Assembly (NCBI GenBank): GCA_028688415.1
Contig: JAQTYF010000001.1
Location: 80,627 to 144,626, forward strand
DNA length: 64,000 bases
Direction of reading: 5' to 3'
Source: Candidatus Moraniibacteriota bacterium
GTDB lineage: Bacteria > Patescibacteriota > Minisyncoccia > Moranbacterales > UBA1568
The translations under genes were made by a program, and so were the position numbers. Numbering within the stretch: the first letter of the stretch is position 1; the number at the start of each line of letters is the position of its first letter. Under the pieces are notes generated by a model. That model was not told the DNA's origin. It made no database searches and saw nothing but the letters and a program-made list of their open reading frames with translations. Of this stretch, positions 48,375-58,622 are shown in pieces.

Positions 48375-50030
48375 ATGGTTAGGAAATGGTACAACAATTT
48401 CTCTTCTTGGACCCTCACTCCAAGTAAGACGGTAGGAAGCGCTGCACTGCTTATTGCGCTGGCTGGTATCGTTAGCCGTATTCTCGGATTTTTCCGTGAT
48501 CGTATTTTGGCATCGCAATTTGGTGCTGGAGATGTATTGGATGCATATTATGCCGCTTTTCGTATTCCCGATTTGCTTTATAGCCTCCTTGTTCTCGGTG
48601 CTCTGAGTGCGGCATTCATCCCTGTGTTTACTGAGTTAGTTGCAGAAAAGAAACAAGAAGAAGCCTGGAGATTGACCTCAGGTGTTTTGCAATTGCTTTT
48701 TCTCGTACTTGGCAGTCTTTCGTTGTTAGGTATTATATTCGCTCCAATGCTGATACCACTCATCACCCCAGGATTTTCTCGTGAGAAGACGGATATTGTG
48801 ATCCTTTTGACTCGAGTCATGCTCCTTTCACCTATTTTCCTTTCAGTGAGCGCTGTGTTTGGGAGCGTGCTTGTTTCTTTCAAACAATTTGTAGCATATT
48901 CTCTTGCTCCGATTTTTTATAATGTTGGTATTATTATCGGAGCAGTTCTTTTTGTTCCTTTTTTTGGTCCTGTTGGATTGGCATGGGGAGTCGTGATGGG
49001 TTCGATGCTTCATATGACAATACAGTATCCGTCATTGAAAAAATCAGGATTTCGTTTTGTTCTGCAACCTTTTATTTTTTGGCGAGATCCGACCGTACGA
49101 AAAGTTGTTCGGCTGATGATTCCTCGGTCACTTGGTTTGGCAGTGAGTCAGATGAGCCTTTTTACAATGACGATATTTGCTTCGACCCTTGCTTCGGGAA
49201 GTCTCGCCGTATTCACGCTTGCAAATAATATCCAGAGTGTCCCTCTCGGACTTTTTGGTATAGCATTTTCTGTCGCTGTTTTCCCATCACTTGCCTTTTT
49301 CTCTGCCAAGAAAAAAGAAAAAGATTTTTTCGTGATATTGTCACAGACATCAACACGTATTCTTTTTTTCGTAGTACCTATCTCCATGTTTATGGTTTTG
49401 TTCCGGGCTCAATTCGTACGCGTGATTCTTGGTGCAGGACAATTCGATTGGGAGGATACGATACTTACATTCGAAACATTGGAAATACTTGCCCTGAGTC
49501 TCTTCGCACAGAGTCTGATCCCTCTTTTTGCACGAGCCTTCTTTGCTCTCCAGGATACCAAAACACCGTTCTATATTGCCCTCGTGAGCGCAGGAGTACA
49601 GATAGCTCTCATACCATTTTTTCTTCCAGCATATTCTGTTCTTGCTCTTGCTCTCGCTTTTTCTTTGAGTAACGTGCTCAATGTGATTCTTTTGTATCTC
49701 TTCTTGCGCTCCAAACTCACTTTCTGGAATGATCGAGAATTCTTTCTTCCTATTATAAAAATTATTTTTGCAACACTTGGGGCTGGCATTATTGCTCAGA
49801 TTTCGAAATCTGTTTTCGCTCTAACGATAGATGAACTTGATACATTTGCAAAAGTGTTTTTCCAGCTGTGTTCAGGAATTGCTATCGGAGGCGTATCTTT
49901 CCTCGTTTTCTGTCACTGGCTCGGAGTAGAGGAGCTTGGTATGGTGAAACGATTTATTTTGTGCAAGATCTTGCGTCAACCGGAAACAGCGACGGTAGCA
50001 GAAGATCACCCAGAACGAGGTGATTGGTAA
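48375..50030 (+). CDS. murJ: Lipid II flippase MurJ (MviN)
   Basis: 'SRILGFFRDRILASQFGAGDVLDAYYAAFRIPDLLYSLLVLGALSAAFIPVF' plus the multi-TM profile throughout. Confidence 0.85.
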   Translation: MVRKWYNNFSSWTLTPSKTVGSAALLIALAGIVSRILGFFRDRILASQFGAGDVLDAYYAAFRIPDLLYSLLVLGALSAAFIPVFTELVAEKKQEEAWRLTSGVLQLLFLVLGSLSLLGIIFAPMLIPLITPGFSREKTDIVILLTRVMLLSPIFLSVSAVFGSVLVSFKQFVAYSLAPIFYNVGIIIGAVLFVPFFGPVGLAWGVVMGSMLHMTIQYPSLKKSGFRFVLQPFIFWRDPTVRKVVRLMIPRSLGLAVSQMSLFTMTIFASTLASGSLAVFTLANNIQSVPLGLFGIAFSVAVFPSLAFFSAKKKEKDFFVILSQTSTRILFFVVPISMFMVLFRAQFVRVILGAGQFDWEDTILTFETLEILALSLFAQSLIPLFARAFFALQDTKTPFYIALVSAGVQIALIPFFLPAYSVLALALAFSLSNVLNVILLYLFLRSKLTFWNDREFFLPIIKIIFATLGAGIIAQISKSVFALTIDELDTFAKVFFQLCSGIAIGGVSFLVFCHWLGVEELGMVKRFILCKILRQPETATVAEDHPERGDW

Positions 50031-50099
50031 AGTATCTTTTGTAGAAACAAAGAGAGCATGCGCCTTGCTTTTAGGGCGTTTTTGCTTTATTCTGAGGAA

Positions 50100-51917
50100 A
50101 TGAATGAAATTACCCCACAAAAAAATATTCGAAACTTTTGCATTATTGCTCATATTGACCATGGAAAATCTACTCTAGCTGACCGTTTGATCGATCTGAC
50201 ACATACGGTGGAAAAACGGAAAATGAAAGAACAATTGCTCGATCAGATGGATCTCGAACGAGAACGTGGCATCACTATCAAGCTTCAGCCAGTCCAGATG
50301 CACTATATCTATGAGGGAGTGGAGTATATGTTGAATCTGATCGACACACCAGGACACGTAGACTTTCATTACGAAGTATCGCGCTCGCTTGCTGCAGTCG
50401 AGGGCGCTATCCTTCTCGTGGATGCTACCAAAGGAGTGCAGGCTCAGACACTTGCCAATCTCTATCTCGCTATTGAACAGGGTCTTGAAATCGTTCCTGT
50501 GATCAATAAAATTGATTTGCCGAATGCACAGGTAGAAAAAACCAAAAAAGAAATTGTTCATATTCTCGGATGCAAAGAAGAAGACATTCTCCTCGCTTCT
50601 GGGAAGACAGGGATGGGTGTACAAGCAGTACTCGAGCGAGTTATTACTCTTGTCCCTCCACCAAATGGAGATGCGGAAAAACCTCTTCGGGCACTTATTT
50701 TTGATTCTGTTTACAACACGTACAAAGGAGTCGTCGCGTATGTGAAAGTTGTTGATGGAAGTGTGAAGCGTGATGATATGCTCCATATGCTCGGAACAGA
50801 GAAAGAAGGAGTAACTGTTGAAGTAGGACTTTTTCATCCAAACCTCGTACCAACTGATATTCTTCGTGCTGGAGAGATCGGTTATATCGCTACAGGACTC
50901 AAAGAAGTGGGACACTGTCGCGTCGGAGATACAGTGACGTGGCGACTCAGAGACCGAGAAAAAGTGTTCGTGGAACGTCTCCCAGGGTACAAAGAAATCA
51001 AACCAGCCGTGTATGCGAGTTTCTATCCGCTTGATGGTGATGATTATACATTGATGCGTGACGCCTTGGATAAACTCAAGCTCAATGATGCTGCGTTCAC
51101 TTTCGAACCAGAAAGCAATCAGGCTCTCGGAAGAGGGTTTCGTTGTGGATTTCTCGGACTGCTCCATCTCGAAATTATTCAGGCCAGACTTGAGAGAGAA
51201 TTCGATCTCAGCCCGACGATTACAACACCGTCAGTTGTCTATGAAATTGCTTTGCATGGTGAGGAGAAACGCATTCCGTTGTATTCACCGACAAATCTTC
51301 CTGATCCATCAAGTATCGAGAAAATTTACGAACCATATGTCGCTCTTTCTATCGTGACGCCGAGTGAATATTTGGGAAATGTGATTACACTGACTTCGTC
51401 TATTCGTGCGGAATACAAAAATACAGAATACATCGATGAGGAACGGGTGCTCCTCTCTTTTGAAGCACCCCTGATGGATGTTATTGTCAACTTTCATGAT
51501 GATCTGAAAAGCGCTTCCTCGGGATATGCTTCGATGAATTATGAACCAATAGAATATCGAGCAAGCGACGTTGTCAAGCTTGAGATTCTCGTTGCGAATG
51601 AACACGTGGACGCTTTTGCTCGTATGATCCCTCGTCGGGATGCATACGGAGAAGGAAAACGTGTGGTAGAGAAATTGAAAGAAGTAATTCCGAAACAGAA
51701 TTTTGCTGTGGCTATCCAGGCTGCTATCGGAGGAAAAGTCATCGCTCGTGAGACGATCGCTGCGTTCCGTAAGGATGTGACAGGTGGTCTCTATGGGGGA
51801 GATTTTTCACGGAAGAAAAAGCTCCTTGAGAAGCAGAAAAAAGGGAAGAAGAAGATGCGTGATATCGGGAAAGTTTCTATTCCAGGAAGTGCTTTTCTCG
51901 CTGTGCTGAAGAAATAA
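50100..51917 (+). CDS. lepA: Elongation factor 4 (LepA)
   Basis: 'IRNFCIIAHIDHGKSTLADRL', 'DTPGHVDF', 'NKIDL', and the LepA C-terminal domain. Start moved to the Met at 50100. Confidence 0.95.
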   Translation: MNEITPQKNIRNFCIIAHIDHGKSTLADRLIDLTHTVEKRKMKEQLLDQMDLERERGITIKLQPVQMHYIYEGVEYMLNLIDTPGHVDFHYEVSRSLAAVEGAILLVDATKGVQAQTLANLYLAIEQGLEIVPVINKIDLPNAQVEKTKKEIVHILGCKEEDILLASGKTGMGVQAVLERVITLVPPPNGDAEKPLRALIFDSVYNTYKGVVAYVKVVDGSVKRDDMLHMLGTEKEGVTVEVGLFHPNLVPTDILRAGEIGYIATGLKEVGHCRVGDTVTWRLRDREKVFVERLPGYKEIKPAVYASFYPLDGDDYTLMRDALDKLKLNDAAFTFEPESNQALGRGFRCGFLGLLHLEIIQARLEREFDLSPTITTPSVVYEIALHGEEKRIPLYSPTNLPDPSSIEKIYEPYVALSIVTPSEYLGNVITLTSSIRAEYKNTEYIDEERVLLSFEAPLMDVIVNFHDDLKSASSGYASMNYEPIEYRASDVVKLEILVANEHVDAFARMIPRRDAYGEGKRVVEKLKEVIPKQNFAVAIQAAIGGKVIARETIAAFRKDVTGGLYGGDFSRKKKLLEKQKKGKKKMRDIGKVSIPGSAFLAVLKK

Positions 51918-51988
51918 TAAAAAAGTTCACGCAAAGAGTTTGCCCGCTGGGGCAAATGAATGGCTACCCAGAGAGATTGCTTGTGATA
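51918..51988 (+). repeat. Intergenic structured repeat element, copy C (3' half only)
   Basis: 'aaaaaagttcacgcaaagagttt.cccgctgggg.aaatgaatggct.cccaga.ag.ttgcttg' matches the 3' halves of copies A and B. Begins immediately after the lepA stop. Confidence 0.4.
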
Positions 51989-52080
51989 AGAAATCTTCCA
52001 TCTAAAGAATGGAATGATTTTTGCAAAATTGGGACGAAAACGGTATAATAAATGTGTAATATATTTTTATATAAATTCTT

Positions 52081-52398
52081 ATGGCAATGCAATTTACAGA
52101 CGCAAATTTCGAAGCAGAAGTATTGAAAAGTGATAAAATAACACTCGTCGATTTTTGGGCACCATGGTGTGGACCTTGTCAGTTGATGGGGCCAGTAATT
52201 GATGAACTCGCAGGAGAGATGACTACAGCCAAAATTGGTAAAGTAAACGTTGATGAAAACCCCAAGACAGCTGGCGCATACGGTATTATGTCTATTCCTA
52301 CCATCAAGGTGTTCAAGGCAGGTCAAGTAGTGAAGGAATTCGTCGGTGTTCAGGCCAAGGACAAATTGAAAGGTGAGCTCGAAAGTCTCGCAAAATAG
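52081..52398 (+). CDS. trxA: Thioredoxin
   Basis: 'WAPWCGPCQ' active site, 105 aa. Confidence 0.9.
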   Translation: MAMQFTDANFEAEVLKSDKITLVDFWAPWCGPCQLMGPVIDELAGEMTTAKIGKVNVDENPKTAGAYGIMSIPTIKVFKAGQVVKEFVGVQAKDKLKGELESLAK

Positions 52399-52435
52399 AT
52401 TCTTTGCGTCTTCTCGTTTATAAAAACAAAAAAGT

Positions 52436-52876
52436 ATGAAAATCCACAATGAAAAAATTTTGTTGGAAAGCAAAACTCAGATAGAGTTTATAGACATCAC
52501 TGATCGAGTCCAAGAAATCATCGATCATTCTGGTATCCGTGAAGGACAGGTGCTCGTGTATGTGCCTCATACGACTATGGGTGTCTGTATCAACCATAAT
52601 GAGCCGATGCTTATCCAGGACTTTATGCGGATTCTCTACAAAACGGTTCCTGTGGATGATCATTATTCTCATGACCTTTTTGAACTGCGTCGCGAGTCTG
52701 GCTCGGATGGTCGGAGCAATGGACACTCACACTGCAAATCTATTCTCTTGGGGAATAGTGAGACCGTTCCTCTCGAGAAAGGCAAACTTTCTCTTACGGA
52801 ACGTCAGAATATTTTCGCTGTCGAATTTGATGGCTCTCGGAAACGCGACATCAGTATCCAGGTCATTGGATTATAA
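52436..52876 (+). CDS. YjbQ-family protein (UPF0047, secondary thiamine-phosphate synthase-like)
   Basis: 'VPHTTMGVCINHNEP' and C-terminal 'GKLSLTERQNIFAVEFDGSRKR' match the YjbQ signature. Confidence 0.75.
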   Translation: MKIHNEKILLESKTQIEFIDITDRVQEIIDHSGIREGQVLVYVPHTTMGVCINHNEPMLIQDFMRILYKTVPVDDHYSHDLFELRRESGSDGRSNGHSHCKSILLGNSETVPLEKGKLSLTERQNIFAVEFDGSRKRDISIQVIGL

Positions 52877-52906
52877 TCTTTTTCTTTTGTAAGACAGTAT
52901 TCTTCT

Positions 52907-53920
52907 ATGCGTGTATTTCTTTTTATTGCTCTTACTCTCTCCCTTCTCACTCTCGGAGCTTTCTTTTTTCTTTCGTATGCGGAGGATGATTCTCATGGAT
53001 CCAGACGAGACATGCAGCGTTTTGTCGTGAACGAGGGGGATAATGTACTTACTCTATCGGAACATCTCGAGGATGCTCAGATTATCACATCACGTTATAT
53101 TTTGATGTGGCATCTGGCTCGTATCGGCAAGACACATGATCTCGTAGCAGGAACCTATAGTTTGAGCGGGGATCTCTCACCAACAGAAATTGCCTTCTTG
53201 ATTACTGAGGGCCGAGTCATTCCTCGAGATATCAAGGTGACCTTTCCAGAAGGATGGGAAAGCAAGAAGATGGCAGAACGACTCACTGCAAATAGTCTCC
53301 CTGGTGCGGATTTTTTGGCGTTGGCACAGACGCCAAAAGCTGAATGGCGAGAGAGATTTGATTTTTTGAAAGAAATCCCAGAAGATGCTTCTCTCGAAGG
53401 TTTTCTTTTCCCTGATACATACCTCTTTGATCGAGAAGCGTCGGCTCAGACTATCATCGAAAAAATGCTGACGAATTTCGAGAAAAAATGGAATACTTCT
53501 TTCCGTACCACAGCAAGAGATGAGAATAAAAATATTTATGAAATAGTGACGCTTGCCAGTATTGTCGAAAATGAAGTGAAATCGAATGCAGATCGAGCAA
53601 TGGTTGCTGACCTCTTCCTTCGTCGATTGAGTATCGGTCAAGCGCTGCAGAGCGATGCGACACTTCAATACATACTCGGATTGGACAAGGTAAAACATTC
53701 TTTCGAAGAGACCCGCACAGAGTCACCCTACAATACGTATGTGAATCCTGGTCTCCCACCGGGACCAATCGGTAATCCTGGAACATCCTCTCTACAAGCA
53801 ACCCTTTTTCCCAAGAAAAATCCTTATTTTTATTTTTTGAATGATACAAAGACAGGAGAAACTATTTTCTCGGTCACATTCGAAGAACACGTGAAAAACA
53901 AAAGTCTGCACGGATTGTAA
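52907..53920 (+). CDS. mltG: Endolytic murein transglycosylase MltG (YceG family)
   Basis: N-terminal TM, 'SPYNTYVNPGLPPGPIGNPG' YceG signature. Confidence 0.85.
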   Translation: MRVFLFIALTLSLLTLGAFFFLSYAEDDSHGSRRDMQRFVVNEGDNVLTLSEHLEDAQIITSRYILMWHLARIGKTHDLVAGTYSLSGDLSPTEIAFLITEGRVIPRDIKVTFPEGWESKKMAERLTANSLPGADFLALAQTPKAEWRERFDFLKEIPEDASLEGFLFPDTYLFDREASAQTIIEKMLTNFEKKWNTSFRTTARDENKNIYEIVTLASIVENEVKSNADRAMVADLFLRRLSIGQALQSDATLQYILGLDKVKHSFEETRTESPYNTYVNPGLPPGPIGNPGTSSLQATLFPKKNPYFYFLNDTKTGETIFSVTFEEHVKNKSLHGL

Positions 53921-53941
53921 GATTGATAGGATGTTTGTAGT

Positions 53942-55042
53942 ATGAAAATAGCTCTGGTACATGATTATTTGGTGCAATACGGGGGAGCAGAGCGAGTACT
54001 CGAGGCTTTCACTGAGCTGTTTCCGTATGCCCCGATCTATACACTCATCTATGACAAAGAAGCGATGCATGGGGTTTTCGAAAACAAACGTATCTACACG
54101 TCATTTCTCCAGCACTTTCCCTTTTCACGCAAACGACATCGTTTTTTTCCACCGCTTATGCCACTGGCTATTGAGCAGTTTGACTTGAGTAAGTATGATG
54201 TCGTATTGTCGGATTCATCGAGCTATGCCAAGGGTATCATCACTCGTCCTGAGACCCTCCATATCTGCTATATGCACACCCCGATGCGCTACGCGTGGGA
54301 TGATTGTCAGAAGTATACTCAAGATTTCGGATTTCCAGCGCTGGTGAAAAAAATTGTTCCATTTTTTATGAACCCGATTCGTCTCTGGGACAAATCTTCA
54401 GCTGACCGTGTGGATCATTTTCTGACGAATTCACAATTTGTTACTAAACGTATCAAGAAATATTATAACAAAGAAGCTCTCGTTGTTCATCCGCCAGTCA
54501 ATGTCAACCATTTCTTTCTTTCAGAAGAAAGACAGGATTATTTTCTTATTGTCGGTCGTCTCATTGCTTACAAGCGTCACGACATCGCTATCGAGGCCTT
54601 CAATCGGTTGAAACTCCCACTCAAAATTATCGGACGAGGACCAGAACTCGAACGTCTGAAGAAAATAGCTGGTCCGACGATCGAATTCCTTGGTCGTGTT
54701 CCCGAAGAAGAATTGCCAACATACTATGCCAAGTGTCGGGGATTTATTTTTCCTCAGGAAGAAGATTTTGGTATTGTGGCGATAGAAGCGATGGCGTCCG
54801 GTCGTCCGATCATTGCCTATCGTGCTGGAGATATCGTAGAACATCTGGAAGAGGGAAAGATGGGAGTTTTCTTTGATACACAGACGCCAGAAGCAATCAT
54901 TGATGCCGTACATCGTTTCCGTGACGACGACTACGACCCGGCGTATATCAGGAGTAGAGCCCTCCCTTTTGACAAAGAGCGATTTAAGACTACAATAAAG
55001 GACTATATAGAAAAAGCTTTGAAGAATCACCTTCAAAGCTAA
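53942..55042 (+). CDS. Family 4 glycosyltransferase
   Basis: GT-B fold, 'FPQEEDFGIVAIEAMASGRPIIAY'. Confidence 0.8.
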   Translation: MKIALVHDYLVQYGGAERVLEAFTELFPYAPIYTLIYDKEAMHGVFENKRIYTSFLQHFPFSRKRHRFFPPLMPLAIEQFDLSKYDVVLSDSSSYAKGIITRPETLHICYMHTPMRYAWDDCQKYTQDFGFPALVKKIVPFFMNPIRLWDKSSADRVDHFLTNSQFVTKRIKKYYNKEALVVHPPVNVNHFFLSEERQDYFLIVGRLIAYKRHDIAIEAFNRLKLPLKIIGRGPELERLKKIAGPTIEFLGRVPEEELPTYYAKCRGFIFPQEEDFGIVAIEAMASGRPIIAYRAGDIVEHLEEGKMGVFFDTQTPEAIIDAVHRFRDDDYDPAYIRSRALPFDKERFKTTIKDYIEKALKNHLQS

Positions 55043-55127
55043 AAATGATACAATGAACTAATTTCGAAATTGTGACATTAGAAATTGTTTGAAAATTAGA
55101 AATTGAAAATTGGTTAATTAAATTCGT

Positions 55128-55739
55128 ATGGAACTGAGAGAATATCTCGACATTTTCAAGAGACAAATCAAATGGTTTTGGATAACTATTCTTTTGTTTC
55201 TTTTCATAGCGGGAGCATGGCAACAAAATCAGCCAGAGACATTGGAAGCCACACTGCTCCTCAATATTGGTCGTGCCAGTGTTCAAGATACTCGAGACTA
55301 CACATTCGATAGTTTTTATCGATTGCAGGCAGACGAACGTTTTGCCGATACAGTAGTGAGGTGGCTCGGTTCTTCTCGTGTCGCAGAAGATATCTATAGA
55401 GCAGTTGACAGAGAGACGAGAGATATGAGCACTCAGACACTCGAGAACGTTTTTGAAGCGAAGCGCTTGTCTTCTCAGATGATCGAAGTGACGTATGCAC
55501 ATCCAGACTATGAGACACTCCAAAAAATGTCTGAAGCGACAGTCACGCATCTGAACAACTACGCAGAACAATTGAACAAAGAAAGTCGTGAACAAACCCA
55601 TTGGTTTACGATTGTGGGCAGCGACCCTATCATTCGTGATGTACGGATTACTCTTTCTTTTGCTCTTTCGGTCGGACTGGCTTTTGGAATATTTATCGGA
55701 TTTTGGGTGGCGCTTATAAAACACTATTTCTCAAAGTGA
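55128..55739 (+). CDS. Wzz-like polysaccharide chain-length determinant family protein (short form)
   Basis: 'LREYLDIFKRQIKWFWITILLFLFIAGAW' Wzz N-terminal pattern. TM at both termini. Confidence 0.5.
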   Translation: MELREYLDIFKRQIKWFWITILLFLFIAGAWQQNQPETLEATLLLNIGRASVQDTRDYTFDSFYRLQADERFADTVVRWLGSSRVAEDIYRAVDRETRDMSTQTLENVFEAKRLSSQMIEVTYAHPDYETLQKMSEATVTHLNNYAEQLNKESREQTHWFTIVGSDPIIRDVRITLSFALSVGLAFGIFIGFWVALIKHYFSK

Positions 55740-56899
55740 TGCGGATAGGAATCGATATACGGTGTCTGGCAGAAGGAAAACGTACGGGAGTGGAAGAATA
55801 TACTATTGCTCTTCTTTCTGGACTTTTCGAACAATTTCCAGAGAATGACTACATTCTTTTTTTCAATGCATGGAAGAAGCAACTTCCTGATTTCTCGTGG
55901 GCGACTCGGTATCCCAATGTGACACTGCGAGTGTTCCATTTTCCAAATAAATTGCTCAATTTCTCACTCTGGTACTTCCGTTTTCCGAAACTCGATACAC
56001 TTATTGGCGGTACGGATGTATTTTTTCTTCCGAATTTGAACTTCTCCGCTGTTTCTCGTAAGACGAAACTGGTGGTGACAGCACACGACCTGTCATTCGA
56101 ACTCTTCCCAGACACTTTCTCTCTGAAACGTCGTATCTGGCATTTTTTCATCAATTTCAGAAGTCTAGTTCGGAACGCTGACGCTGTGATTGCCGTATCA
56201 GAATCGACCAAGAATGACCTCATAGATTACTACGGTGTTTCAGAAAAGAAAATAACCGTGATCCACAGTGGCATAGGAGAACAATTCTCCGTGATGAGTC
56301 GTAATGATACGAACCTTGTTCGAGTACAGGAGAAATATCATCTGCCATACAAATTCATCCTTTCTCTTTCGACATTCGAACCACGCAAGAACCTACTTGC
56401 TCTCATATCAGCCTTTGATGCATTGATGGCACTCGACCATCCTGTACTCAAGAAATATATGCTCGTGATTGCTGGTACACGTGGGTGGAAATATCGAGAG
56501 ACGTTTCAAGCGATCAAAAACTCTCCATACAGAAAAAACATTCTCCTGACGGGATTTATCGCCGATGAGGACAAATCCGCGCTTTATAATCTTTCGAGTC
56601 TTTTTGTTTACCCATCATTTTATGAAGGATTCGGATTTCCACCTCTCGAAGCGATGGCGTGCGGTGTGTCTGTCATCGCTTCCCATTCGTCTTCTCTCCC
56701 AGAAATAGTCGGTTCGGCAGGGATACTCGTCGATCCGTATCGACCAGACGAGCTCTTCCAGGCGATGAAACAGGTCTTGCTCGATCCAGAACTCCTAGAC
56801 ACACTCCGTAAACAAAGCGAACTGCGAGCACGTGATTTCCAGTGGAGCACTTCCATCGCATCGACGGCTCATATCTTCTCTTCGATTGTTGAAAACTGA
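55739..56899 (+). CDS. Family 4 glycosyltransferase
   Basis: 'YEGFGFPPLEAMACGVSVIAS'. Start at the Met at 55739 (MRIGIDIR) overlaps the previous stop by 1 nt. Confidence 0.8.
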   Translation: MRIGIDIRCLAEGKRTGVEEYTIALLSGLFEQFPENDYILFFNAWKKQLPDFSWATRYPNVTLRVFHFPNKLLNFSLWYFRFPKLDTLIGGTDVFFLPNLNFSAVSRKTKLVVTAHDLSFELFPDTFSLKRRIWHFFINFRSLVRNADAVIAVSESTKNDLIDYYGVSEKKITVIHSGIGEQFSVMSRNDTNLVRVQEKYHLPYKFILSLSTFEPRKNLLALISAFDALMALDHPVLKKYMLVIAGTRGWKYRETFQAIKNSPYRKNILLTGFIADEDKSALYNLSSLFVYPSFYEGFGFPPLEAMACGVSVIASHSSSLPEIVGSAGILVDPYRPDELFQAMKQVLLDPELLDTLRKQSELRARDFQWSTSIASTAHIFSSIVEN

Positions 56900-56927
56900 G
56901 CATTGTTTCGAAAAATGATGTTTTTTC

Positions 56928-56956
56928 GAGCTTCCTTGACAGCTCGTTTTTTTTTG
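56928..56956 (+). terminator. Rho-independent terminator after glycosyltransferase
   Basis: 'cgagct-tccttgac-agctcg' followed by T9. Confidence 0.55.
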
Positions 56957-57102
56957 CAAAAAATATGATACAATTACCACAGAGAGATGTCGATATCTCT
57001 TCTCGTTAGACTCTCTGACGAAAATGTAAGAAAACAAACAGTTGTGCGTCATAAGAAACAGAGAGGAATATAATCCTCATAGTAAATAATAATAAAAAGT
57101 GT

Positions 57103-58506
57103 ATGAAGGAGAAAAACACAAAGAAGATAGGCACAGGAGCAGCATTACTCATAGCAGTAATGTCTTTTAGTTCGTTTTTTGCCGTGGCATCGTTGGTAGG
57201 GAAGAACCAATCTCCTCTGACTCCAGTCAGTCTTGCGAGTGATAATGAGGGGGAAGATGGTAATGATTCAGATGAGAACAAAGACGAGGAAGATGATGAC
57301 AAGGATGAGGTGAAGTCTGCTTCTGAAAAAGCTAAGAAAGAGAAAGAAAAATCTCGAGAAGATTTGAAGAAGCGTTCTGAACGTGCAAAAGAGTCCAATA
57401 AGCAAACCACAGAACAAGATTCTGATGATGAAGAAGATAATAATGATGAAAACGAAGGAGATGAAAACGACGAGAACGACGACAATGATGGAGATGTAGA
57501 TGACGATATGGATGAAGAAGATGATGATTCTTATGGTCAGGCACGAGGAGGGGATTTCGAGGGCATGTACAAAGACAGCGCGAAAACCCTTTCAAAATTG
57601 CAGGAAAATATAGCAGAAGCTGAGAAACATATTCTCGAAAAACAAGCAGAAGGAGTCGATGTGACTACTGCTCTTGCTGAGCTGAGTCTTGCCAAGGCCA
57701 AATTGGCTGGAGTAAGTACAGCATTTACTGCAAGCAATTTCGAGATGGCCAAGAAATTGTCCAAAGAAATCAAAAAAGAATCACTTTTCAGCGAGAAAGA
57801 TCTCGAGTTCAAGAAAGATATGACTGAGTCGATAGCAGAAGTGATGAAGAAATTTACGAAAGTAGAGAAGAAAATTGCCTCGCTCGTCGCTCTTGGTGGC
57901 GATTCGACGACGTTCAACACACAATTGGCGTCACTCCGAGCTGATTTTGATGTCTTACAAACTTCATCACTCGTGACACGAACTGATGCGAGAGCTTTCG
58001 AGAAAAAAGCTGAACGATTGAAGAATCTCGTCGAGCAATCAATTTTTGCTCTCGGTGGCACAGAAGAAGATGATGATCTCTATGCCGATCATGAAGAAGA
58101 TGCGGATGATCTCGATGAAGATTTGAATGATGTGGCTGAGATCGAAGACGGTGATGACAATGGTGTTGCGAAGAAGGTTCGTGCTATTGCAGCAGAACAC
58201 CGCTCATCAGTAGCTGATATCGCCAAAAGTTTGAGTGATATTCAGAATCAGAGCGGATTTACAAAAACAGTTTTTGGTCCTGATGCTACCGCCTTGAATG
58301 GTCTCACAGCACAGACGACTGCTATGACGGCTCGTGCTGATGCATTGACGACTGCCTCTACACAGGTGACCGATCCTGATGTGAAACAGATTCTCACAGA
58401 TCGTGCATCAGCACTGCGTAGTGAGGCTTCCAAGCTTCAGGCGTATCTCACTGCTACGACAAACCAGTTCAGTATCTTCGGAAAATTCCTCTCTCTCTTT
58501 CGCTAG
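57103..58506 (+). CDS. Membrane-anchored, highly acidic (D/E-rich) coiled-coil protein
   Basis: N-terminal TM (AALLIAVMSFSSFFAVASLV). About 100-aa Asp/Glu/Asn low-complexity region, then long helical heptad-like segments and a second acidic block (EEDDDLYADHEEDADDLDEDLND). Confidence 0.5.
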   Translation: MKEKNTKKIGTGAALLIAVMSFSSFFAVASLVGKNQSPLTPVSLASDNEGEDGNDSDENKDEEDDDKDEVKSASEKAKKEKEKSREDLKKRSERAKESNKQTTEQDSDDEEDNNDENEGDENDENDDNDGDVDDDMDEEDDDSYGQARGGDFEGMYKDSAKTLSKLQENIAEAEKHILEKQAEGVDVTTALAELSLAKAKLAGVSTAFTASNFEMAKKLSKEIKKESLFSEKDLEFKKDMTESIAEVMKKFTKVEKKIASLVALGGDSTTFNTQLASLRADFDVLQTSSLVTRTDARAFEKKAERLKNLVEQSIFALGGTEEDDDLYADHEEDADDLDEDLNDVAEIEDGDDNGVAKKVRAIAAEHRSSVADIAKSLSDIQNQSGFTKTVFGPDATALNGLTAQTTAMTARADALTTASTQVTDPDVKQILTDRASALRSEASKLQAYLTATTNQFSIFGKFLSLFR

Positions 58507-58526
58507 CGAAGAGAAGGAAAGAAAAC

Positions 58527-58557
58527 AATCCCTTATCCTTGATGAGGGATTTTTTCT
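58527..58557 (+). terminator. Rho-independent terminator
   Basis: 'aatccct-tatccttgatg-agggatt' followed by 'tttttc'. Confidence 0.55.
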
Positions 58558-58622
58558 TTTGTGATTTCTGTGATATTCTAATGGTGTAGCAAATTTTGTA
58601 AAATAAATCGACACGTATCACT